A stretch of 64,000 bases of DNA from an uncultured delta proteobacterium (lineage in GTDB: Bacteria; Desulfobacterota; Binatia; HRBIN30; BPIQ01): the NCBI GenBank assembly GCA_963761335.1, contig CAVXGR010000005.1, positions 320,001 to 384,000 of the forward strand, given 5' to 3'. The translations under genes and the position numbers were made by a program. Shown piece after piece: positions 54,981 through 64,000 of the stretch (position 1 is the stretch's first letter; each line of letters begins with the position of its first letter). The notes under the pieces were generated by a model that saw only the letters and a list, made by a program, of their open reading frames with translations, searched no databases and was not told the DNA's origin.

Positions 54981-57155
54981 ATGGCCCGACGGGAGCAGTG
55001 GTTCTGGTGGGCACTCTTGGCGGCGGCGCTGGTGCTGTCCTCGATGGGCGACGCCCACTACGCTCCCCAAGCCGACTTCTATGGTGCGCTGCCCTGGTGG
55101 CTCGGAGCTCTGGCGGTGTTGCTGCTGGCAGCGTGGCTGGGGGACCGCGGGCGCGCCGGCGCGGGGGTTCGCCCGTGGCATCGCGCCGAGGTGATCGCCG
55201 TCGCCTCGGTGGCACTGGTCTCCGTGCTGCTGCGGGTGTGGCGCATCACCGCCTATCCGCCGTCGTGGGGATTCGCCTTCGAGGAGTTCCAGACGGGGGG
55301 CGATGCCTATCGGTTGCTGCGCGACGGCACCGTCGCCCTCGAGTTCCCGCTCACCAACAGTCTGCCGGCCCTGTCCTTCGCCCTGTTCGGCTTCTCCTCC
55401 TATGCTCTGCGCCTGCCCTTCATCCTCAGCAGCGCGCTGGCCCCCGTGTTTCTCTTTCTGGCGATGCGCCGTCTGGTGTCCTGGCCGGCCGCCTGGGGCT
55501 GCGCCATGATGCTCGCCGCGGCCCGCTGGCCCGCCGCCGCGGCCCGCTTTGCCGACGAGATCTTTTTCCCGATCGCGGTCGTGGCTCTGGGCCTGTGGCT
55601 GCTGGTTCGCGCGGTGCAGAGGCGCTCACAGCTCGACGCGTTCGCTCTGGCGCTGGTATCCGGCGAGCTCTTCTACGCCTACACCGGCTATCGGATCTTC
55701 CCGCTCATCGTCCTGGCCGGCAGCGGGCTCGCCGCAGTGATCGCCTGGCGCCGCGGCGCCGCTCCGGCCGGGGCTCTCCGCGTCTTCCCACTGGTGATTG
55801 CCATTTGGGCGGTGTTGCTCGGCCCTGGCGTGGCGAGCAGTGGGAGCTACGGCGCCTCGATGTTCTTCGAGGCGTTTCACCGCCACGCGGACGTGCGCCG
55901 CTACTCGGCCGCCGGCGACTCGTTGGGCGCGCGCCTTCACGCCGTCGTCGACTTCGCCCGCGAAGGCGCCGAGGTGTTCTACGCGAAGGGCGACGAGATC
56001 CCCAGCGCCAACATTCCCCTGGATCCGATGCTCGATCCGCTGACGGCAGCGCTGCTCGGCCTGTCGTTGCTGGCGGCGTTGTGGCGCTGGCGAGATCTCT
56101 GGCGCCTGTGGACCATGGGCGCCGTGGCCATTCCCTTCGCCGCGCTCTGCCTGGTGCCGACCAATCTGAACGTCTCTCGCTACTTCGTCCTGCTGCTGCC
56201 GATGTACGCCCTGCTCGGCTTCTTCTTCGACGAGGTGCTCGGCTGGCGCTTCCCGCTGCGGCGCTGGCTGACGCGCTTGCTCGTCGTGCTGGTCGCCATC
56301 GTGGCCGCGGTGAACATCGCCTGGCTCGGCCGCATGATGGCCAGTCCGGTGGTACGGGAGTCGTTCGCGGTGGCGGAGAACCTGGTGCTCGCGGAGGCGC
56401 ATCGGGTCCCGCCGGGGTCGCGCGTGGTGATGCTGACCACGGACGGCAGCAATGCCTTCGAGCCGTCGGACTACAGCTGGTACGTCGACGGTCGCATTGG
56501 CAGCCGGCCGCTGTCGCTCTCTCAAGCGCTCTCGGTCTCCGGGGACACAGGGCAGTCGATCTACTGGATCACCCAGGGCGACGCCGAGGCGGCGCTGCTG
56601 CCGAAGCTGGTGACTCTCGAATGCCCCGACGCTTCATCGCGTCTGATGCTCGCCCCCGATCCGAGTGCCGCGGTCGGAGTCGCCTCGATCGTCTGGCCCG
56701 ACCACTGCCGGCAGCCGCCGGCCGTGGGGCTTCGGGGCTCCTACACGGTGCAGGCGCCGTCGGGCGAGCAGAAAGACGTCGAGCAGCTGGATCCGGCGCT
56801 GATGGCGTACACCATCCCCTGGGTATGGGCCAGCGCCATCCAGGATCGGCAGCTGGCCGGCCTGACGGCGCAATGGCGGGGGGATCTGCTGCCCATGGGC
56901 GCCGGGGATTACGAGATCGAGCTGGCGCTGCGCGGCGCCACCGGCGATCTGCACGTCGGTGATGCCGTGGCGACCATCGACACGGCGGCGGAAGAGTGGC
57001 GGTCGACGCGGCTGCGCGTGCACCTCGACGCGCCGGCGCATTTGGCGGTCGGGCTGCGCGCCGTCCCCGGAATCCGCCCCGGCGTACGCCTCTTCTGGCG
57101 GCCGCCGGGCGGAGCCCGGCAGCTGGTGCCGCCGCAGTCCCTGCGTCCGTCCTGA
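54981..57155 (+). CDS. Polytopic membrane glycosyltransferase (GT39/ArnT-like, GT-C fold) with a PA14-like C-terminal domain
   Basis: LLRVWRI..PP..FAFEE, LFGFSSYALRLP, many TM helices; C-terminal GLRGSY..AQWRG..GDYEI..RLFWRPPGG..VP. Confidence 0.7.
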   Translation: MARREQWFWWALLAAALVLSSMGDAHYAPQADFYGALPWWLGALAVLLLAAWLGDRGRAGAGVRPWHRAEVIAVASVALVSVLLRVWRITAYPPSWGFAFEEFQTGGDAYRLLRDGTVALEFPLTNSLPALSFALFGFSSYALRLPFILSSALAPVFLFLAMRRLVSWPAAWGCAMMLAAARWPAAAARFADEIFFPIAVVALGLWLLVRAVQRRSQLDAFALALVSGELFYAYTGYRIFPLIVLAGSGLAAVIAWRRGAAPAGALRVFPLVIAIWAVLLGPGVASSGSYGASMFFEAFHRHADVRRYSAAGDSLGARLHAVVDFAREGAEVFYAKGDEIPSANIPLDPMLDPLTAALLGLSLLAALWRWRDLWRLWTMGAVAIPFAALCLVPTNLNVSRYFVLLLPMYALLGFFFDEVLGWRFPLRRWLTRLLVVLVAIVAAVNIAWLGRMMASPVVRESFAVAENLVLAEAHRVPPGSRVVMLTTDGSNAFEPSDYSWYVDGRIGSRPLSLSQALSVSGDTGQSIYWITQGDAEAALLPKLVTLECPDASSRLMLAPDPSAAVGVASIVWPDHCRQPPAVGLRGSYTVQAPSGEQKDVEQLDPALMAYTIPWVWASAIQDRQLAGLTAQWRGDLLPMGAGDYEIELALRGATGDLHVGDAVATIDTAAEEWRSTRLRVHLDAPAHLAVGLRAVPGIRPGVRLFWRPPGGARQLVPPQSLRPS

Positions 57156-57250
57156 TCGCCGCCTCGTCACCACGCCTGGTCACCAGGCTGGTCACCAGGC
57201 TTGTGGCGCCCGGACTTGCCGGGGTAGGATAGCTGTTGAGTGGATCCCGG

Positions 57251-57472
57251 ATGAAAACAACCCTGCGCGTGGCCGCCGGTTTCGCGCTCATCGCCTTCGG
57301 CATAGCCGGCCTCGTGCTGCCTGTAATCCCTGGGATTCCGCTGCTGATCGCCGGCCTTGCCGTGCTCGGTCCGCAGCATCCGCTGACCCGCTCGCTGTCC
57401 GAGCGCCTCGACCGCTGGCGCCGCAAGCAGAGGGGCGGCGAGTCCGACGGCCGGCAGTCGCTACCCGATTAG
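57251..57472 (+). CDS. Small membrane protein (PGPGW/DUF454-like)
   Basis: GFALIAFGIAGLVLPVIPGIPLLIAGLAVL. Confidence 0.7.
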   Translation: MKTTLRVAAGFALIAFGIAGLVLPVIPGIPLLIAGLAVLGPQHPLTRSLSERLDRWRRKQRGGESDGRQSLPD

Positions 57473-57494
57473 AGCCGAGACGCCGACCTCGATC

Positions 57495-57647
57495 ATTTCC
57501 CGTTCTCATTCCCGGTTCTCATCCCGTCGTTTTCCATTCGCTCTGACAGGTGCGGGGTATTGCCCGACCCCCGCTGATTTACACGCGGCGCTCAGAACAA
57601 TGGAAAACGACGGGATGAGAACCGGGAATGAGAACCGAGAATGAGAA
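57495..57647. repeat. Family-D palindromic element
   Basis: Inverted homolog of 34783-34945 with a different central spacer. Confidence 0.8.
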
Positions 57648-57678
57648 GGGCGAACGAGATGCGGCGATCCCGATCCTC

Positions 57679-58650
57679 TCAGAAGCGGTCGGAGGTCCAG
57701 TACACGGAACCGTCGTACGGCAGCAGCCGGTCGATGAATTCCGGATGGCGGACCTCGTCGACGCCGACGCCGAGCTTGCCGGCGAGCTGCTCGGTGTTGA
57801 TGAGCCGCCACATGCTGAACACGTCTTCGACGTCGTTCACGGGCAGACCGCGCTGCTGCAGGGCGGCGCCGACCTCGGGGTGGGCGCCGAGGTGGAAGAC
57901 CATGAACCCTCCCGCCCGCGCCCTCTCGCCCAGGGCGAGGAGGACGTCGGCGAGTGCCTCTTCCTCTCCATCGAGTGCTCCGTGCTCCATCACCATCCAC
58001 ACGTCGTACAGCGAGATCAGGCGCGCGTAGGCGACCACCTCGCCGCGGCGCTCGGTCAGCAGAAAGACCTCCGCCGGATTGCCGGCGTAGCGCAGCTGCC
58101 CCTGCCAGTAGGTGCGATCGCGCACGACGGCGCCGTTGCGGCCGCGGTTGTAGGCGTCGTAGATGCGCATCACCGCGTCCAGATCTCGCTCGGGTTCGAA
58201 GGGACGCACCGTCAGCTGCGGCTCCGGTAGCTCCGCAGCAAGAGCCAGGGCGCCCAAGCGGCGGCGATGGGCCTGCCAGCCGAACTGGCTGTAGAACGTC
58301 AGCCGGCTGGCGAACAGCAGCGACAGGTCGAAGCCGTCCTGCTCCATGATCTCGATGGCGCGCCGCAACACCGTCGAAGCGATGCCGCGACCTCGATAGG
58401 CGTCGGTGGTGAAGACGTTGCCGAGGCCGCCGACGCGGAGGCGAACCTCGCCCACGGCGATCTCCTTCGGGAATACCTGCAGCGTGCTCACCAGGCGGCC
58501 GTCATCGGTGGCCACCAGGCATAGGTCGTCGCGAAACGCCGGGTCGTGGTCGAAGTAGCGCTTGAAGAAGTCGCGATCGCCCAACCATTCGCGGAGAAGA
58601 TCGAGCACTGCATCGCGCTCGTGTCGCTCGATGGTGCGCACCGTGATCAT
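57679..58650 (-). CDS. GNAT family acetyltransferase (Eis-like, tandem GNAT)
   Basis: RBS AAGAGG before ATG 58650; GGLGNVFTTDAYRGRGIAS, LSLLFA..FYSQFGW. Confidence 0.88.
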   Translation of the reverse strand: MITVRTIERHERDAVLDLLREWLGDRDFFKRYFDHDPAFRDDLCLVATDDGRLVSTLQVFPKEIAVGEVRLRVGGLGNVFTTDAYRGRGIASTVLRRAIEIMEQDGFDLSLLFASRLTFYSQFGWQAHRRRLGALALAAELPEPQLTVRPFEPERDLDAVMRIYDAYNRGRNGAVVRDRTYWQGQLRYAGNPAEVFLLTERRGEVVAYARLISLYDVWMVMEHGALDGEEEALADVLLALGERARAGGFMVFHLGAHPEVGAALQQRGLPVNDVEDVFSMWRLINTEQLAGKLGVGVDEVRHPEFIDRLLPYDGSVYWTSDRF

Positions 58651-58846
58651 GCCTCTTCTTGCCACAGCCCGCCGGCGCAGGTCCATCGGGGGGGGACTGG
58701 CTCCTTTTCGGCGCACGCTGCGCGTCGTTGGAGAATCTGTCGTTCGCCGCCGAAAGGTGCCTGTCCCCGATGCTCGCCCCGCGGGGACAGGCAACTCTTG
58801 CGGGCGAGAACGCTGCCCTCTTCCGACCTCGAAGGGCAAAGGTAGC

Positions 58847-59308
58847 CTGCCTCGAAGATGTCTTGGGTGAAGGCTGGCGGAGCGCACCGGCGCTGGCGTG
58901 GAGGCTTCGCCCCGGAGGGGCGCAGGCATGTGTGGAGGCTTATCGCCCCGGAGGGGCGCAGGCATGTAGCCCCGGGTGTTAACCCGGGGACCGCGTTCCG
59001 ATTGGCCCAGATCAGCGCCCCGCAGGGGCGCAGGCGTAGAGGCCGCGTGAATCACCTCGATGAGCTTCCCACGCACCCAGCGGTGATCATCGGCGTACAG
59101 GCGTGACATCGACGAAAACTTGCCCGCGCCCCTGGCGGGGCGCCTATGACGGAGCGCGCATTTTTCCCCGGGTTTCACCCGGGGCTACACGCCACCGCCC
59201 CTCCGGGGCGAACTTCAGCCGGGCGAGGACCTCCAAGTCTCTTGCCGGCGCAGATCCCCGGGCTCATCTTCATCGTCTGCTGGTGAGCCGCAAGGCTCAT
59301 GACGCACT
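58847..59308 (+). mobile_element. Non-coding CT-core insertion element, 460 bp
   Basis: GGTAGC-CT-GCCTCGAAGATG...CATCTTCATC..TGAGCCGCAAGGCTCATGACGCA-CT-GTCCCC. Confidence 0.65.
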
Positions 59309-59392
59309 GTCCCCGATGCTCGCCCCGCGGGGACAGGCAACTTTTGCGGGCGAGAACGCTAGCCTCTTCCGACCTCGAAGGGCAAAAGTAGC

Positions 59393-59854
59393 CTGCCTCG
59401 AAGATGTCTTGGGTGAAGGCTGGCGGAGCGCACCGGCGCTGGCGTGGAGGCTTCGCCCCGGAGGGGCGCAGGCATGTGTGGAGGCTTATCGCCCCGGAGG
59501 GGCGCAGGCATGTAGCCCCGGGTGTTAACCCGGGGACCGCGTTCCGATTGGCCCAGATCAGCGCCCCGCAGGGGCGCAGGCGTAGAGGCCGCGTGAATCA
59601 CCTCGATGAGCTTCCCACGCACCCAGCGGTGAGCATCGGCGTACAGGCGTGACATCGACGAAAACTTGCCCGCGCCCCTGGCGGGGCGCCTATGACGGAG
59701 CGCGCATTTTTCCCGGGGTTGCCCCCGGGGCTACACGCCACCGCCCCTCCGGGGCGAACTTCAGCCGGGCGAGGACCTCCAAGTCTCTTGCCGGCGTAGA
59801 TCCCCGGGCTCATCTTCATCGTCTGCTGGTGAGCCGCAAGGCTCATGACGCACT
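59393..59854 (+). mobile_element. Non-coding CT-core insertion element, 460 bp (near-identical second copy)
   Basis: Same junctions: AGTAGC-CT-GCCTCG and GACGCA-CT-GTCCCC. Confidence 0.65.
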
Positions 59855-59958
59855 GTCCCCGATGCTCGCCCCGCGGGAACAGGCAACTTTTGCGGGCGAG
59901 AACGCTGCCCTCTTCCGACCTCGAAGGGCAAAAGTAGCTTGTCCCCGGACACCCCCGC

Positions 59959-60990
59959 TCAGGTGGCGATGGCGTAGGCGCTTCGGGTGCGCGAGTTGGC
60001 CAGCAGATCGGCGTAGCGGTCGCGGTCGTGCAGGATCTCGATCAGGCCGCGCATGACGCACATGAGCGGCTCCTCACTGACGCGTACCCGCAGCCCCATC
60101 GCCTCGTAGAGCCGCTGCGACCAGCCGCGCAGGAGGGCGCCGCCGCCCACCATGGCGGCGCCGTCCGTGAAGACGTCACTGGCGAGCTCGGGGGAGAGGT
60201 TCTCGACACAGCGGCGCACGGCGTCGGTGATCTGCCGCGCCGCGGGCTCCAGGGCTTCACCAATCTCGGCGGCGCGCACCACGAAGCGCTGCGGCTTGCG
60301 GGTCCGCTGATTCATTCCCTTGACCTCGAAGGTCCCATCCCCCTCGCCGTATACCGAGCCGTAGCGGATCTTGATCTGCTCCGCCGTGTTCTCGCCGATG
60401 GAGAAGGCGTAGCGGGTGCGAAAGAAAGCTTGCACCAGCTGGTCCATGGCGTTGCCGGCAATGCGCAGCGACTCGCAGTAGACCACGTCGTTGAGCGCCA
60501 GCGAGGTGACCTCGGTGGTGCCGCCGCCGATGTCGATGACCAGGTTGCCGCGCGCCTCCTGGATGGGCAGCCCGGCTCCGAGCGCGGCAGCGAAAGGCTC
60601 CTTCACCAGGTCGACGCGATCGCCGCCGGCGGCCTCCGCCTCGCGCACCAGGGCATCCATCTCGACTCCCGTGGCGCCGAGGGGAACGCAGACGATGACG
60701 GCCTTGCGGCTCAGGTAGTGATGGCGCGAGGCCTCGCGGATGAAGTGGGCGAGGAGGGCGCGGGCGGCATCGAAATTGGCGATGACTCCGTCGCTCAGAG
60801 GCCGAATCACCTCGATGAACTCCGGAGCGCGGCCGAGCATGGTCCGCGCCCGTTCGCCGAAAGCGATCGCTTCGCCGGTCGAGCGCTTGATGGCGACCGC
60901 CGACGGCTCGCGCAGCAGGATTCCCTTTTCCTGAGTGTAGACCAGTGAGTAGGTGGTGCCGAGATCGATGGCGATCTTGTGCCAGAACAT
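59959..60990 (-). CDS. MreB/Mbl-family actin-like protein (orphan paralog)
   Basis: IAIDLGT, EPSAVA, IRPLSDGVIANF, EPFAAALG, IDIGGGTTE, AEQIK, VGGGALL. Confidence 0.9.
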   Translation of the reverse strand: MFWHKIAIDLGTTYSLVYTQEKGILLREPSAVAIKRSTGEAIAFGERARTMLGRAPEFIEVIRPLSDGVIANFDAARALLAHFIREASRHHYLSRKAVIVCVPLGATGVEMDALVREAEAAGGDRVDLVKEPFAAALGAGLPIQEARGNLVIDIGGGTTEVTSLALNDVVYCESLRIAGNAMDQLVQAFFRTRYAFSIGENTAEQIKIRYGSVYGEGDGTFEVKGMNQRTRKPQRFVVRAAEIGEALEPAARQITDAVRRCVENLSPELASDVFTDGAAMVGGGALLRGWSQRLYEAMGLRVRVSEEPLMCVMRGLIEILHDRDRYADLLANSRTRSAYAIAT

Positions 60991-61036
60991 GGAAGAATGG
61001 TGTATGTCATCGGCGTTCGTGGCGAGCAACACGCAA

Positions 61037-62140
61037 ATGGCGACTGCGATCGCGGATTTGGCGCTGGAGCGTGCCTGGCCGGGCATCGGCGCGCACCTGC
61101 CCTGGGCGACGTGCTCCGAGCTGCCGACGGCGGTCGAGTCGCTGGCGCGCCTCGGGCGCCATCTCGGCGTCGAGCGCCTGTGGATCAAGCGCGATGATCG
61201 CAGCGGCTCGCTGTACGGCGGCAACAAGCCGCGCAAGCTCGACCTGCTGCTCGGCGCGGCGCTGGCGCGCGGCTGCAAGACCGTCGTCACCGCGGGCGGT
61301 ATCGGCACCAATCACGGGCTGGCCACGGCGATCTACGCGCGACGCCACGGTCTGCGCACCATCCTCCTTCTTCTGTACCAGCCGGTGACCGAGAAGGTGC
61401 GGCGCAACCTGCTCCTCTGCCATGCCTGCGGGGCCGACATCCGCTACGGGCGGACGATGCCGCCGCTCGTCGCCCGAGGGCTGCGGGCCTATCTCGGCGA
61501 GCTTTCCGGCGGCCTGCCGTATGTCATTCCGACCGGCGGCACGACGCCACTCAGCCTGATCGCCTACGTGAACGCCGCTTTCGAGCTGCGCCACCAGATC
61601 GAGGCGGGCATGCTGCCGGTCCCGGATTGGATCTTCGTGCCGGTGGGCAGTGGCGGCACCTTCGCCGGCCTGGTGCTCGGTTGCAAGCTGGCGGGGCTGC
61701 CGACGCGGGTGGCGGGCGTGCTGGTGACCGATATCCTGCCGCCGACGGCGGCGCGCGTGGTGCGTCTGGCGGCGAAGTGCCATGGGCTGCTGCGCGGCTG
61801 CTCGCCGCTGGTTCCCGACGTCCGGGTGTCGCTGGAGGACGTCCACATCGTCTCCGGCTTCGTCGGCGCCGGATACGGCGCCCCGACCGAGGAGGCACGC
61901 GCCGCCCGCGAGGAGATGCGCGAGCTCGAGGGCATCGAGTTGGAGACCGTCTACACCGGCAAGTGTCTCGCCGCCCTGCGGAGCCTGGCGCCGCAGCGCG
62001 AGTATCGCGACGCCAACATCCTCTACTGGAACACCTACAGCTCCGTCGATCCGCAGATCGCCATCGGTCCGTTGCCGGATTATCACGAGCTGCCGCGCCC
62101 TCTGTGGCCGCTGTTCGAGGAACCGGTGGTGCCGGACTGA
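61037..62140 (+). CDS. PLP-dependent D-cysteine desulfhydrase / ACC deaminase family enzyme
   Basis: LWIKRDD, YGGNKPRKL, GGIGTNH, IPTGG, VGSGGT, LETVYTGK. Alternative ATG at 61004. Confidence 0.88.
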   Translation: MATAIADLALERAWPGIGAHLPWATCSELPTAVESLARLGRHLGVERLWIKRDDRSGSLYGGNKPRKLDLLLGAALARGCKTVVTAGGIGTNHGLATAIYARRHGLRTILLLLYQPVTEKVRRNLLLCHACGADIRYGRTMPPLVARGLRAYLGELSGGLPYVIPTGGTTPLSLIAYVNAAFELRHQIEAGMLPVPDWIFVPVGSGGTFAGLVLGCKLAGLPTRVAGVLVTDILPPTAARVVRLAAKCHGLLRGCSPLVPDVRVSLEDVHIVSGFVGAGYGAPTEEARAAREEMRELEGIELETVYTGKCLAALRSLAPQREYRDANILYWNTYSSVDPQIAIGPLPDYHELPRPLWPLFEEPVVPD

Positions 62141-62224
62141 TTGCCGGCATCGGCACAGCGGCGACCACGAGCGATGCACCCATTGACAACGACTGCCCGT
62201 CGATTTTCACGGCGCTGCGGGCGC

Positions 62225-62279
62225 GGGTCCCCTCACCTTGGTCCTCTCCCCGCGAAAAGAATGCGGGGAGAGGAGACCC
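62225..62279. repeat. Palindromic repeat / stem-loop (CCCTCACC..CCTCTCCCC..GGGGAGAGG type)
   Basis: CCTCTCCCCGC-GAAAAGAAT-GCGGGGAGAGG stem. Confidence 0.55.
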
Positions 62280-62389
62280 TTGCGCGAGGCGGGCGGGAGA
62301 TAATTGCAGAGTCGGACCGGCAAACTAGGACAGTGCCCACGAGCGGCGTCTCCTTCACTTTTCCTACCCTCTGGTGCTACCTCTCCGGC

Positions 62390-62956
62390 ATGGGTGCGGT
62401 TCCGACGTTGACGCGGCGCGGCTTCCTGCGGGCCACGACCTTCTCGGCGGCGATGCTGGCGGTGTCGCGACTGCGGCCGAATGCCGTCGCGGCCGCGGAC
62501 GCGGCGGAGGCGCCCGGAGAGCTGCGCGTCCTCTCGGCGCGCCAGGCAGAGATTCTCACCGCCATCGGCGCGCGCATCGCCGCCACCGGTGAGCCCTCGA
62601 TGCCGGAGTTTGGCGACACCCCGGCGATCGCCACCATCGATCGCACCCTTCTCTACCTCCCGGCCGACATCCGCGATCAGTTCGGCTGGGCCCTGCTGCT
62701 CTTCGACTATGGACCGTTCGTCTTCGATCTCCGCTTCAGCCGCTTCACTGCGCTCGGGCCGGAGGAGCGCGACGCCAGCATCCGCGGCTGGGCCGGCAGC
62801 CGTTTCGAGACCCGGCGGCTGGTGTACCGGGCCATGAAGAACATGTCGTTCCTCGGCTACTACTCCCAGGACGCCACCTGGGCGGGGATCCACTACGGCG
62901 GTCCGTGGCTGCCGCGGCCGCGCCGCGAGCCGCCGCCGGAGGACAAGATCGGATGA
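62390..62956 (+). CDS. Tat-exported gluconate-2-dehydrogenase subunit-3-like partner of the GMC oxidoreductase
   Basis: Twin-arginine LTRRGFL; RFTALGPEERD, LGYYSQ..WAGIHYGGP; stop overlaps the next ATG. Confidence 0.78.
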   Translation: MGAVPTLTRRGFLRATTFSAAMLAVSRLRPNAVAAADAAEAPGELRVLSARQAEILTAIGARIAATGEPSMPEFGDTPAIATIDRTLLYLPADIRDQFGWALLLFDYGPFVFDLRFSRFTALGPEERDASIRGWAGSRFETRRLVYRAMKNMSFLGYYSQDATWAGIHYGGPWLPRPRREPPPEDKIG

Positions 62957-64000
62957 TCACCAAGGGCAGCGAGGTGAAATCCGACCTGCGCCTGAGCCCC
63001 GAGATATGCGTCATCGGCTCGGGGGCCGGCGGCGCCGTGGTCGCCAAGGAGCTCGCCGAGGCCGGGCGCGAGGTCGTCCTGCTGGAGCAGGGGGGCCACT
63101 ACACGCGCGAGGACTTCACCCAGCGCGAGGACGAGATGATGCCGCTGCTCTACGAGGACATGGGGCAGCGAGCCACCGTCGACCAGTCCGTGCTGATCCT
63201 CCAGGGGCGGAACATCGGCGGCTCGACGGTGCACAACCTCTGCTACTGCTTTCGCACGCCGGCGCCCATCTTGGAGAAGTGGCGGCGCGAGGACGGCCTC
63301 CGCGACATGAGCTACGCGGACATGGTGCCGTCGTTCGAGCGGGTGGAGCGCATGCTCAAGGTGAAGCCGATCCAGCCGCACGAGGTCAACGCCCTCAACA
63401 ACAAGATCCGCGAAGGCTGCGAGAAGCTCGGCTACCACGGCCTGGTGACCAATCACAACCGCGAGAACTGCACGCTCTCCGGCTTCTGTCTTCTCGGCTG
63501 TCCGTTCGACGCCAAGCAGAGCATGCTCATTACCTATGTGCCCGCGGCCGACCGCGCCGGAGCGCGCATCTACGCCAACTGTCCCGTGCGCCGCCTGGTC
63601 GCCGAAGCGGGGCGGGTGCGCCGCATCGAGGCGGAGGTCGTCGACGCTCTCGGCCGCCCGCGACACCGCCTCGTCGTCGAGCCGCAGGTCGTGGTTCTCT
63701 CCGCGGGAGCGATCAACTCGCCGCAGATCCTGCTGTCCAGCGGCATCGCCAACAGCAGCGGCCAGGTCGGGCGCAACCTGCACCTGCATCCGAGCGTGGT
63801 TCTCTCCGGCGTCTACGACGAGGACATCTACGGCTATCGCGGCATCCCGCAGAGCTACTACGTCGACGAGTTCATCGACCTGGAGAAGGATCCCGACAGC
63901 GGCTACATCATCATGCCGGTCTACGGGTTCCCGGTGGCCACCGCCACCATGCTGCCGTCATTCGGCGCCGATCATTTCCAGCTGATGAAGAGCTTTCACC
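62953..64000 (+). CDS. GMC family FAD oxidoreductase (partial, runs off window end)
   Basis: Not in the ORF track. ATG 62953 gives MITKGSEVKSDLRLSPEICVIGSGAGG..LLEQG..GRNIGGSTVHN..CTLSGFCLLGCPFDAKQS..LSAGAINSPQILL..GRNLHLHP. Confidence 0.92.
   Translation, partial: MITKGSEVKSDLRLSPEICVIGSGAGGAVVAKELAEAGREVVLLEQGGHYTREDFTQREDEMMPLLYEDMGQRATVDQSVLILQGRNIGGSTVHNLCYCFRTPAPILEKWRREDGLRDMSYADMVPSFERVERMLKVKPIQPHEVNALNNKIREGCEKLGYHGLVTNHNRENCTLSGFCLLGCPFDAKQSMLITYVPAADRAGARIYANCPVRRLVAEAGRVRRIEAEVVDALGRPRHRLVVEPQVVVLSAGAINSPQILLSSGIANSSGQVGRNLHLHPSVVLSGVYDEDIYGYRGIPQSYYVDEFIDLEKDPDSGYIIMPVYGFPVATATMLPSFGADHFQLMKSFH

Larger units (their letters stand above)
58691..59947. repeat. Cluster of four family-C palindromes (two empty, two filled) forming a 546 bp tandem duplication
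   Basis: CTGTCCCCGATGCTCGCCCCGCGGG recurs at 58761, 59307 and 59853 (period 546). Confidence 0.88.

Noticed and set aside
57166..57200. 12-mer repeat TCACCAGGCTGG
   Set aside because: Only about three short copies at one site; too weak to interpret.
58659..60056. ORFs within the tandem elements as a possible transposase
   Set aside because: Short frames made of hairpin repeats, with no DDE, DEDD or HUH motifs.

Overview
GC-rich bacterial chromosomal window. Several features point to Candidatus Binatia/Binatota (a Cys-Gly-Asp-Cys dockerin-like secreted protein, a small 'LMLAVxEDxxxC...EAExW' protein, lipid and steroid catabolic genes); this taxonomic call is an inference. About 47 CDS: a porin-like gene (partial), a sensor kinase, a sigma54 activator and a nine-heme cytochrome c; a UGSC-type selenoprotein split by an in-frame UGA next to a thioredoxin-like gene; a TPM-domain pair; a sulfatase-like lipoprotein; gpmA; a P450/nitronate monooxygenase/SDR operon; a MoxR-DUF58-RDD-SpoIIM cluster; psd, ate, nadE, a wax ester synthase, lrp-gltBD, GH31, an orphan MreB-like actin and a GMC oxidoreductase (partial). 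No rRNA, tRNA, CRISPR or transposase gene was found. The intergenic DNA holds several nested non-autonomous repeat families. The most striking is a 427-460 bp non-coding element inserted at the same CT(G) core of one palindromic REP family: three full copies and one single-ended copy, resembling IS110-type recombination. Others are a 123 bp TIR-bounded MITE carrying a GTAG REP doublet, whose interior has expanded into an 8x ~85 bp array, and a TA-flanked 426 bp MITE. Three sigma54 promoters and a TetR-like operator can be read directly from the sequence.
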